Shown piece by piece: positions 32,120 through 40,498 of a DNA stretch of 64,000 bases (its first letter is position 1; each line of letters opens with the position of its first letter). The DNA comes from an uncultured Chloroflexia bacterium (lineage in GTDB: Bacteria; Chloroflexota; Limnocylindria; Limnocylindrales; CSP1-4), in contig CAWFXA010000002.1 in assembly GCA_963819655.1 (NCBI GenBank), positions 1,440,001 to 1,504,000 of the forward strand. Direction: 5' to 3'. The notes below the pieces were generated by a model. It was not told where the DNA came from and made no database searches. It was given only the letters and a program-made list of their open reading frames with translations. The translations under genes were made by a program, and so were the position numbers.

Positions 32120-33555
32120 CGACGCCGGCGACCGCGATCCTCGGCATCGACCTCGGGACCACCGAGGTGAAGGCCGGTCTGGTCGGCCTGGACGGCCGGC
32201 TGCTCGCCATAGCACGTGCGGGCTACGGACTCGATGTCGGCCACGGGCCGGGCTGGGCGGAACAGGATCCGGCGGGCTGGTGGTCCGCGGTGGTCGTCGC
32301 GGTCCGCGCGCTGCGACCGCCTGAGCCTGTCGATGTCGTCGCGATCGGCGTGGACGGGCACGGTCCGACGTTGGCCGCGGTCGACGATGGCGGCGAGGCC
32401 ACGCGACCGGCGATCACCTTCCTTGATACGCGCGCGACGGCCGAGGCCGACGAGCTCGCCGCGGCCACGGGCATCCGCGGCTGGGCGCTCGGTCCGCTGC
32501 CGGCCGCCCTGTGGCTGGAGCGCCACGAGCCCCATGTCGCGGCGAGGACCCGCTGGTACCTCACGACCTGGGAGTGGCTGGCCTTCCGGTTGACCGGCGC
32601 GGCCGCCGCGCCGATCGTGCCGGGCCAGGCCATCCCCGACCCGCTCATCGTGGCCGAGGCGACCGGCCTGCGGACCGGTCGCCGCCCGCCCGAGGTCGCG
32701 ATCGGGTCGATCGTCGGCGAGCTGAGCGGCGTCGCCGCGGAGGCGCTCGACCTGCGTGCCGGCATCCCCGTCGCCGGCGGGACCAACGATGCCTTCGCGA
32801 GCTACCTCGGCGCCGGTCTCACCCAGGCCGGCGACGCCTACGACCCGGGCGGTTCGGCGGGGGGTTTCGGCGTGTACTGGCACGAGCCCGTCGAGGTTTC
32901 CGGCGCGTTCGTGACACCTGCGCCGCTCGCGGGCCTGTTCAGCGTCGGCGCCGCCATGGCGGCCACCGGCCGGGCGCTCGACTGGTTCCGCGACAGCGTC
33001 GTCGGCGGTGGCGTGACGACAGAGCGGCTGCTCGAGGAGGCCGGGACCACCCCACCCGGCGCCGACGGCGTCGTCTTCCTGCCCTACCTCGCCGGCGAGC
33101 GCTCGCCCATCTGGGACCCGACCGCGACCGGGGCATTCGTCGGATTGACGCTGGGCCACGGGCGCGCCCACCTCGGTCGCTCGATCCTCGAGGCGAGCGC
33201 GCTCGCCATCCGGCATGTGGCCGAACCGATGCTCGCGGCCGGCGTCACGGTGACCGCGATGCGTGCCTGCGGGGGACCTGCCCGCAGCGAGACCTGGAAC
33301 CAGATCAAGGCCGACGTCACCGGTTTCCCGGTTCTCGTGCCTGGGGTCCTCGAGACGGCGGTGCTCGGGTCGGCGATCCTGGGGGCCGTGGGGATCGGGG
33401 CCTGCGCCGACGTGCCTACAGGCGTCCGCGCGATGACCCGCATCGAACGACGGCTCGATCCGCGCCCGGAGCACCAGGCGACATACGACCGGGCGTATGC
33501 CGTGTACCGGGGCCTGTACCCGGCCCTGGCGCCACTCCTGCGGACCCCGTCATGA
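32116..33555 (+). CDS. FGGY-family carbohydrate kinase (xylulokinase-like)
   Basis: GIDLGTT, WAEQDP, FLPYLAGERSP, GGPARS..WNQIKADV. Confidence 0.9.
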   Translation: MTTPATAILGIDLGTTEVKAGLVGLDGRLLAIARAGYGLDVGHGPGWAEQDPAGWWSAVVVAVRALRPPEPVDVVAIGVDGHGPTLAAVDDGGEATRPAITFLDTRATAEADELAAATGIRGWALGPLPAALWLERHEPHVAARTRWYLTTWEWLAFRLTGAAAAPIVPGQAIPDPLIVAEATGLRTGRRPPEVAIGSIVGELSGVAAEALDLRAGIPVAGGTNDAFASYLGAGLTQAGDAYDPGGSAGGFGVYWHEPVEVSGAFVTPAPLAGLFSVGAAMAATGRALDWFRDSVVGGGVTTERLLEEAGTTPPGADGVVFLPYLAGERSPIWDPTATGAFVGLTLGHGRAHLGRSILEASALAIRHVAEPMLAAGVTVTAMRACGGPARSETWNQIKADVTGFPVLVPGVLETAVLGSAILGAVGIGACADVPTGVRAMTRIERRLDPRPEHQATYDRAYAVYRGLYPALAPLLRTPS

Positions 33556-34331
33556 GCGGATCGGGCGCGATCAGGGTGACCGCCGTGGAGTTCGCCTTTC
33601 CGATCCGCGGCGGCGGCCGATTGCCGGTCCTCGACGGGATCGACTTCGATGTCGCCAGCGGCCAGGTCGTGGCCCTCATCGGGCCGAACGGCTCGGGCAA
33701 GTCGACGTTGCTGCGCGTGATCGCCGGCCTGCTGGCCCCCGAGCGGGGAACTGTCACGCTCGATGGCGACGCCATAACCCAACCCGATCCGCGGATCGGG
33801 TTGGTCTTTCAGGAGCCGCGCCTGCTGCCGTGGCGCTCGGCCGCGGACAACATCATGTATCCGCTCGAGCTTGCCGGCTGGTCAGGGGCACCCCGCGAGG
33901 AACGGCTGGCCGCACTCGCCGACCTCGTCGCACTCGACCCGAGCGTGATGGGCAATCGCCCGTCCGAGCTGTCGGGCGGCCAGCAGCAACGCGTGGCATT
34001 GGCTCGAGCCCTGGCGCTCGAGCCCGGCGTCCTGCTGCTCGACGAGCCGTTCAGCGCCCTCGACGCGCTGAGTCGCGAACGGTTCGACCTCGAACTCCTG
34101 CGACTCTGGGAACGCGCGTCCCCGACGATCGTGCTGGTCACCCACAGCATCGCCGAGGCCATCCTCGTCGCGGACCGCGTCGTCGTCCTGTCGTCCCGGC
34201 CCGGGCGCGTGGTCGCGGATCTCTCCGTGGAGCTGCCACGGCCGCGATCGATCGCCGACCTCGACGCCGCGATCGTCACGCAGACGGCCCGCGAGATCCG
34301 GCGCCATCTCGGCGAGGAGGTGGCCGCGTGA
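33552..34331 (+). CDS. NitT/TauT-family ABC ATP-binding protein
   Basis: GPNGSGKST, VFQEPRLLPW, LSGGQQQR, DEPFSALD. Confidence 0.92.
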   Translation: MSGSGAIRVTAVEFAFPIRGGGRLPVLDGIDFDVASGQVVALIGPNGSGKSTLLRVIAGLLAPERGTVTLDGDAITQPDPRIGLVFQEPRLLPWRSAADNIMYPLELAGWSGAPREERLAALADLVALDPSVMGNRPSELSGGQQQRVALARALALEPGVLLLDEPFSALDALSRERFDLELLRLWERASPTIVLVTHSIAEAILVADRVVVLSSRPGRVVADLSVELPRPRSIADLDAAIVTQTAREIRRHLGEEVAA

Positions 34332-35077
34332 ACCGCGTCGCGGTCGTATCGGTTCTGGGGGCGCTGGCCGTCTTCCTCGTCGTGTGGCAGCTGGTCGTGA
34401 TCGTCAGCGGCTTCCCGCCGTTCATCCTGCCGACGCCCGCCATGGTCGTCACCCGCTGGATCTCGGCGTGGTCGGCAGGCACGATCCAGCCCCATCTCCT
34501 CGCGACGCTCCAGGAGGTCGTGCTCGGTTTCGCCGTCGGTGCCGGGTCCGCGCTCGTCGCCGGCTACGCGCTGGCCCGGAGCACCGTCGTCGAGCGGCTC
34601 CTGTCCCCGTACCTCGTCGCGGCCCAGGCGACACCGATCCTCGCCCTCGCGCCGCTGATCGCCCTGTGGTTCGGGCCGGGGCTCGCAGGCAAGGTCCTGA
34701 TCTGCGCGCTGATCGTGTTCTTCCCCGTCGCGGTTGCGACGATGGTCGGCATCCGGTCGGTCGATGCCCGACTGCTCGAGCTCGGTCGGTCGCTCCGGGC
34801 GACACGCCGACAGATCCTCACGACCCTGGAGATCCCGGCCGCGCTGCCGAGCATCCTCGGGGGAATGCGGGTCGGTGTGACGCTGGCGGTCGTCGGCGCG
34901 ATCGTCGGGGAGTGGGCCGGGGCCGACCAGGGTCTCGGCGTGCTCATCAACCTCGCCCGCGGGTCGATGTTCGACATCCCGCTGATGTTCGCCACGCTCC
35001 TGACGATCGCCCTCGTCGGGATCGCGCTCTATCTCGTCGTCGTCCTCGTCGAGCGCCGATTCGTCGGCGCACGCTGA
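34328..35077 (+). CDS. NitT/TauT-family ABC permease
   Basis: ILPTP, APLIALWFG, PAALP, GAIVGEW, GLG. Confidence 0.9.
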   Translation: MNRVAVVSVLGALAVFLVVWQLVVIVSGFPPFILPTPAMVVTRWISAWSAGTIQPHLLATLQEVVLGFAVGAGSALVAGYALARSTVVERLLSPYLVAAQATPILALAPLIALWFGPGLAGKVLICALIVFFPVAVATMVGIRSVDARLLELGRSLRATRRQILTTLEIPAALPSILGGMRVGVTLAVVGAIVGEWAGADQGLGVLINLARGSMFDIPLMFATLLTIALVGIALYLVVVLVERRFVGAR

Positions 35078-35108
35078 GCCGCTACCGTTGTCCACGCCAG
35101 GAGGTCTC

Positions 35109-36170
35109 GTGTCGTCCAAGCGTTTCGGGTTTGCATCGATCCTCGGTCTGAGTCTCGCCATCGTCGGTTGCAACGCGCAGCCCGGGTCGCCCCCGCCGTC
35201 CGTGGCGCCGTCCGTCGCACCGTCCACGGAGCCGTCATCCGAGCCGTCGGCCACGCCGACACCGTTGACGGTCGGCCTCGGTTTCATCCCGAGCGTCCAG
35301 TTCGCGCAGTTCTACCGAGCCGAGCAGGCGGGCTACTACGAGGAGGCCGGGCTCGACGTCACCTTCCGCCACGGAACCGACTACGACGTCGTCGCGCTTG
35401 TCGGCCAGGGTGAACTGGACCTCGGTCTGGCCGACGGGACCAGCGTCATTCCCGCGGTGAGTAACGGCATCCCGATCAAGTACGTCACGACGATCTACGG
35501 TCGATTCCCCTCGGTCGTGTTCGCGAAGGCGTCGTCGGGCATCGAGGGGGCAGGGGACCTCGCCGGCAAGAAGCTCGGGATCCCCGGTCGCTACGGGTCG
35601 AGCTGGATCATGCTGCAGGCGTTGCTCACGTCTGCCGGCCTGACACCCGACGACCTCGAGATCGTCGCGTATCCGGACTTCGGTCAGGGCGCGGCGGTCA
35701 CCCAGGGTGCGGTCGACGCGGCGACGGGGTTCACGAACAACGAGCCCGTCCAGTTGCGGCTGACCGGCGAGGCGGTCAACGTGCTGCGTGTGGACGAGAT
35801 CACGCCCCTGCCGGGCAATGGTCTGATCGCCGGCACCGCCGCCATCGATTCGAAGGCCGATGCCATCCGGGCGTTCGTCGCCGCGACCCTCCAATCGATG
35901 CAGGAGATCACAGACTCGCCCGAGGTGGGTCTCGAGGCGGCTCTGGTGGCGGTGCCTGACCTCGCGGCCTCCCGCGACACACAGGCCGCGATCCTCGACG
36001 CGACCATCGAGGTGTGGCGCGGACCCGTCCAGCAGGAGAAGGGCCTCGGCGCCATCGAGCCTACCGACTGGGCGGCGTCGGTCGACTTCCTGACCGAGCT
36101 CGGGCTCGTGCCCAACCCGGTCACGGTCGACGACCTCATCGACACCGGTCTGCTGCCGGGCTCGGGCTGA
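35109..36170 (+). CDS. NMT1/THI5-like ABC substrate-binding lipoprotein (RibY-like)
   Basis: IVGC lipobox; LGFIPSVQFAQFY, GIPGRYGSSW, GFTNNEP. Confidence 0.85.
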   Translation: MSSKRFGFASILGLSLAIVGCNAQPGSPPPSVAPSVAPSTEPSSEPSATPTPLTVGLGFIPSVQFAQFYRAEQAGYYEEAGLDVTFRHGTDYDVVALVGQGELDLGLADGTSVIPAVSNGIPIKYVTTIYGRFPSVVFAKASSGIEGAGDLAGKKLGIPGRYGSSWIMLQALLTSAGLTPDDLEIVAYPDFGQGAAVTQGAVDAATGFTNNEPVQLRLTGEAVNVLRVDEITPLPGNGLIAGTAAIDSKADAIRAFVAATLQSMQEITDSPEVGLEAALVAVPDLAASRDTQAAILDATIEVWRGPVQQEKGLGAIEPTDWAASVDFLTELGLVPNPVTVDDLIDTGLLPGSG

Positions 36171-36175
36171 CCGAC

Positions 36176-37705
36176 ATGCTGGGTGGCGTCCGACCGAGCG
36201 GCACGCGGCGGTCGTGGTGGCTGCGCGAGGCGCTCTCCGCGGAGGCGGCTGCCGCACGTCACCTGTCCGCGGCCGCGCCCCCGTTGCGTGGCACGACCAC
36301 CGCCGATGTGGTCATCGTCGGCGGCGGCTACACCGGGCTGTGGACGGCGCTCCGCATCACGGAGCTCGAGCCAGGCGCCCGCGTGGTGATCCTCGAGGCG
36401 GACATCTGCGGCGGGGGACCGTCGGGGCGGAACGGGGGGTTCGTCACGAACTGGTGGGACGAGTTCCCGACCCTGCTCGAGCGATACGGCGACCGCGGCG
36501 CCCGAACCATGGGCGAGGCCATGGAGGCGGCAGTCGACGAGGTCGGCACGTTCTGCGCCGCCCACGGGATCGACGCGTGGTACACGAAGGCAGGGTCCCT
36601 GTCCGTGAGTGCGGCAGCGGCCCAGGACGGCGCATGGGACGAGGCGGTCCAGGCTCTCCGCGGGCACGGGTTGGCGGATCGGTACGTGCCGGTATCCGCG
36701 GAGGAGGTCGCGGCGCGCGTTCGCTCCCCGGTGTTCCGCGATGGGGCGTTCATGCCGGGCGCCGCGACGGTCCAACCAGCGACTCTGGCCCGGGGGCTGC
36801 GGCGGGTCCTGCTGGAGCGCGGGGTCGTGATCGCCGAGGGCACGGAGGCGGTCGAGATCGACGGCGTCCGACCCGGGCCGCTGGGCCGCCTCGGGGCTGG
36901 GGCTCGACGTGCTCCATCTCGGCGCGGCAACGGCCGCGGCTTCCGGCCCGTTCGCGTCCGGACCAGGTCCGCGGACGGTGACGGGGAGGTCCTCGCGGCC
37001 TCGGCGGTCGTGGCGATCAACGCGTGGGCCGCAGGCTGGCCGTGGTTCGCCCAGCGCCTCGTGACGTGGTCGTCATACATCGTGCTCACGGCACCCATCC
37101 CGGACCGACTGGCCGATATCGGCTGGACCGGTGGCGAAGGCGTCGCCGACGCGCGGTTCACGCTGCATTACCTGCGGACGACGCCGGACGGTCGGATCGC
37201 GATCGGCGGCGGGGGCGGTCGACCCGGGTTCGGCGGCATCGGCGATGTCTATACCGACGACGCTCGTGCCGCGGGACGCGCGGCAGCCGGGCTGCGGCGC
37301 CTGTTCCCGTCGATCGCCGACGTCCCCATCGAGGACGCGTGGGGCGGCCCGATCGACATCAGCGCCGACCACCTGCCGTGGGTCGGTTCGGTCCATGGCC
37401 GCCCGATCCACTACGGGTTCGGGTACAGCGGCAATGGCGTCGGCCCGTCGCTGGTCGGCGGCCGCATCCTCGCGGCGATGGCGACAGAACGCGCGGACGA
37501 TCCGGCGCTTGCCTTGCCCCTGGCGAACGGCCGCGCTCCTCGGCCATTCCCCCCGGAACCGGCTCGGTACGTCGGTGCCCGACTGGTGCGCGAGGCCGCC
37601 GCCCGTCGCGAGTCGATGGAGGAACGTGGCGAGGACCCGGGTGTGCTCCTGCGGGAGCTCAGCCGGCTCCCGCGTCGGATCGGCTACCACCTCGGGCCCG
37701 ACTGA
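36176..37705 (+). CDS. FAD-dependent oxidoreductase (DAO/PuuB family)
   Basis: GGGYTGLW, GPSGRNGG, WGGPID, GYSGNGVG. Confidence 0.88.
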   Translation: MLGGVRPSGTRRSWWLREALSAEAAAARHLSAAAPPLRGTTTADVVIVGGGYTGLWTALRITELEPGARVVILEADICGGGPSGRNGGFVTNWWDEFPTLLERYGDRGARTMGEAMEAAVDEVGTFCAAHGIDAWYTKAGSLSVSAAAAQDGAWDEAVQALRGHGLADRYVPVSAEEVAARVRSPVFRDGAFMPGAATVQPATLARGLRRVLLERGVVIAEGTEAVEIDGVRPGPLGRLGAGARRAPSRRGNGRGFRPVRVRTRSADGDGEVLAASAVVAINAWAAGWPWFAQRLVTWSSYIVLTAPIPDRLADIGWTGGEGVADARFTLHYLRTTPDGRIAIGGGGGRPGFGGIGDVYTDDARAAGRAAAGLRRLFPSIADVPIEDAWGGPIDISADHLPWVGSVHGRPIHYGFGYSGNGVGPSLVGGRILAAMATERADDPALALPLANGRAPRPFPPEPARYVGARLVREAAARRESMEERGEDPGVLLRELSRLPRRIGYHLGPD

Positions 37706-37821
37706 CCCGCGGGACCCTCTCGAGCGCGACCGCGCTCCCGGCAGGGATCGGCCGGAACCGGTACAATGTGGGTCCCCCGTTCACCCACGGACGCCGTCCG
37801 TTCACGCGCAAGAGGTCCCCC

Positions 37822-38010
37822 TTGAACAGCCGTCCCCCCGTCAAGCCCGTCCTTGCCAACGAGCCGTTCAAGCACGTGATCGACGAGTACAAGCACCAGG
37901 CTCAGACGATCACCTGCACCTGTGGCTGGCATGGCAGCTCGGCGACGATCGACCGCGGGGGCTCGGAGTGGACTGCGCACCTGTTCGAGGTCCGCGGCAA
38001 GAAGCGATGA
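37822..38010 (+). CDS. Small putative zinc-binding protein (62 aa)
   Basis: TTG start after AAGAGG; H...CTCGW...WTAH; coding-like codon usage. Confidence 0.55.
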   Translation: MNSRPPVKPVLANEPFKHVIDEYKHQAQTITCTCGWHGSSATIDRGGSEWTAHLFEVRGKKR

Positions 38011-38172
38011 GCGGCGGCCGCTGGGTCGCACTGGCCGGCGTTGCCGGCTGCGCGTGCTCGCTCACGCACGTACAAGTGCGCTCGCTCACATGCTCGCCGG
38101 CGCCTTGGCCAGCACGCCCCAGAAGCCGCCGCTGAGCGACGACCGCTGAGCGGCCGCCGCTGAGCGACGACC
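38010..38172. repeat. REP-like long imperfect hairpin plus 20-bp direct repeat
   Basis: Nested stems (ctggcc/ggccag, gccggc, cgcac/gtgcg); gccgccgctgagcgacgacc at 38125 and 38153. Confidence 0.55.
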
Positions 38173-38223
38173 AGACCCGGATCGAACGATCCGGGTCGTT
38201 TCATGTCCGGTAGCCTGTCCGGC

Positions 38224-39576
38224 GTGGAGCTCCCCACCACGCCCCCGTTCACGGTCCGCGGCCGGCTGCTCACGCCACTGACCAGGGGCGGCACGCGCTT
38301 CGAGTCGGACGGCCTCGTCGAGGTCGATGGCGCGGGACGGATCGCTTTCGCCGGCGCCTTCGCCCGCGCATTCACCGATCGGGAGCCTTCCGACCAGGAC
38401 CCCACAGCCCCGGAGATCATCGACCTGCGGCCGTGGGTCCTGATGCCCGGCATGGTCGACCTCCACGCGCACCTGCCGCAGCTGCCCAACGCCGGGCTCG
38501 GTGCGGGCATGGACCTCCTCGCCTGGCTCGAGCGGTACATCTTCCCGCTGGAGCGGAGCTTCGACGTCCCGACCGCCGAACGTGTCGCGCCCGCTGCGTG
38601 GCGCGCATTCGCAGCCGCGGGCACGACGACCGCGCTCGTGTACGGCGCGGTCTACGAGGCGAGCCTCGACACCACGTTCCGGGCTGCCGAGGCGCACGGC
38701 ATCCGAGCGACCGTCGGCAAGGTGATGATGGATCGGATCACCTACGACCCGACGATCGAGCCCTCCACGATCCTCGACAGGACCCTGGCGGAAAGCGCGC
38801 GGCTGATCGAGAAGTGGCACGGCGCCGACGACGGCCGACTCCGCTACGCGGTCACGCCGCGGTTCGCCGTGTCATGCACGGCCGAGCTGCTGCGCGAATC
38901 GGCGGCCCTGGCGGCATCGACCGGCGCGTACTGGCAGACGCATGTGTCGGAGGACCCGGGCGAGATCGCCGAGGTCGCGCGGCTCTTTCCGGAAGCGCTC
39001 GACTACGTCGACGTCTACGACCGCGCCGGCGGTCTGGGTGAGCGCACGGTCCTGGCGCACGCGGTCCACCTCTCGGACCGCGAGCTCGGGCGGCTCGTCG
39101 AGACTGGCACGCGGGTCGCGCATTGCCCGATCTCGAACCTGTTCCTGGCGTCGGGCGTGATGCCGCTCGGCCGCTATCTGGACGCCGGACTGAAGCTCGG
39201 GCTGGGATCGGATGTCGCGGGCGGCCCGGATCTGTCGATCTTCAGCGTCATGCGGGTCGGGTTCTACGCGCAGAACGCCCGGCGGGTGGCGGGCCTCGAG
39301 CACGGCGCGGTCCTCGGGCCGCTCGACTGGCTGCGGCTGGGCTCGCTCGGCGGCGCAGAGGTGCTGGGCATAGGCTCCGTCACCGGGTCGCTCGAGGCGG
39401 GCAAGGAGGCCGACCTGATCGCCGTCGATCCGGCCTATGCGGCGCCGATCCCGGGCATCGCGGACGACGAGGCGGAGGACCTCGCCAGCCGGCTCATCTT
39501 CCGCGCCCATCCCGACATGGTCCGCGCGGCGTGGGTCCGCGGCCGCCGCCTGGAGGGTCCGGGCGCCCGGGGCTGA
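38224..39576 (+). CDS. guaD: Guanine deaminase
   Basis: VDLHAHLPQ, LLAWLERYIFPLE, VTPRFA, QTHVSE, AHCPISNLFL, LGSDVAGG. Confidence 0.9.
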   Translation: MELPTTPPFTVRGRLLTPLTRGGTRFESDGLVEVDGAGRIAFAGAFARAFTDREPSDQDPTAPEIIDLRPWVLMPGMVDLHAHLPQLPNAGLGAGMDLLAWLERYIFPLERSFDVPTAERVAPAAWRAFAAAGTTTALVYGAVYEASLDTTFRAAEAHGIRATVGKVMMDRITYDPTIEPSTILDRTLAESARLIEKWHGADDGRLRYAVTPRFAVSCTAELLRESAALAASTGAYWQTHVSEDPGEIAEVARLFPEALDYVDVYDRAGGLGERTVLAHAVHLSDRELGRLVETGTRVAHCPISNLFLASGVMPLGRYLDAGLKLGLGSDVAGGPDLSIFSVMRVGFYAQNARRVAGLEHGAVLGPLDWLRLGSLGGAEVLGIGSVTGSLEAGKEADLIAVDPAYAAPIPGIADDEAEDLASRLIFRAHPDMVRAAWVRGRRLEGPGARG

Positions 39577-39616
39577 AGGGCTACCTGGACCCCGAGGGCA
39601 ACCTGCCGCAGGCATC

Positions 39617-40288
39617 TCAGATGAAGATCAGGCTCGATCCGCCAGGGTATCGGCCGGCAGCGAGTGCAGCCAGGGCCTTGCGAGCCGAGATCGGGAACAT
39701 CCCTGCCAGCACGTGCCAGGCAGCCGCGACAGCCCGTCGATTGGTTGGCGTATCGGCGACCACAAGCAGTACATGCTCGACCTCGGCGTCACGCATCTTG
39801 AGCGTGAGTCGCCGCATCTGTGCCTGCGCATCGCCGATGCGGGTCTCGACCTCGACCGGCATGGTGCGAGGTCGGTCGAATTCATTGACGAGATCCGCAA
39901 GCCACGCGTCCCACGCTCGCCGATCGCCGATCATCGGCAGGGGCACCTCGAGCCGAATCGAGACGCTGGCGTGCACCCGGGGGCGCAGTCGTTCGATGAC
40001 CCGGACCTGTCCGGCGTCACGGAGGGCGTCGGCGCCCGGATACGTCCGGACCCGAACGTCCAAACCCACCACGGCCCCGATCCGTGCGAGCTGCACGATG
40101 CTCGCGGTTGCCACAAGACCACGTTCGATTCGGCTGATCTGGGCTCCAGAGATACCCGCGGCAGCGGCTACGACCCGGATCGATAGTCCCCCATCGACTC
40201 GAGCTTGACGAAGGTCGGAGCCCACGCGGTTCACGTCGGCCCGGGCCGTGCGGCTACCACGATCGGCTGGTCGGTCGCGCGTCGGCAT
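39617..40288 (-). CDS. XRE-family HTH protein with C-terminal PD-(D/E)xK-like domain
   Basis: LSIRVVAAAAGISGAQISRIERG HTH; LEVPL...RAWD...VEVETR...VLLVV. Confidence 0.7.
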   Translation of the reverse strand: MPTRDRPADRGSRTARADVNRVGSDLRQARVDGGLSIRVVAAAAGISGAQISRIERGLVATASIVQLARIGAVVGLDVRVRTYPGADALRDAGQVRVIERLRPRVHASVSIRLEVPLPMIGDRRAWDAWLADLVNEFDRPRTMPVEVETRIGDAQAQMRRLTLKMRDAEVEHVLLVVADTPTNRRAVAAAWHVLAGMFPISARKALAALAAGRYPGGSSLIFI

Positions 40289-40330
40289 ACGCGCAGGATG
40301 CTCGGCGACCCTCTACACGGACTTACCAGC

Positions 40331-40469
40331 GTTGCGTCCCATGCACGAGCCGTCGAACGAACGAAGCCGGCACCCATCCCAGTCGAAGGATGATGCGCGA
40401 GATGCACGAATCCTCGATCGACGCCGCGTACGAGGTCGCTTGATCGACGGTTCGTTCATCGGGTGCAAC
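40331..40469. repeat. 139-bp three-arm repeat module upstream of the XRE gene
   Basis: 30-bp motif at 40331 and 40392 (direct) and at 40440-40469 (inverted). Confidence 0.65.
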
Positions 40470-40498
40470 AGGCACCTGGACCACGCTATGGTCGGCGC

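Noticed and set aside
38007-38135. 42-aa Cys-containing ORF after the microprotein
   Set aside because: It coincides with the palindromic element and has atypical codon usage, so it is likely incidental.
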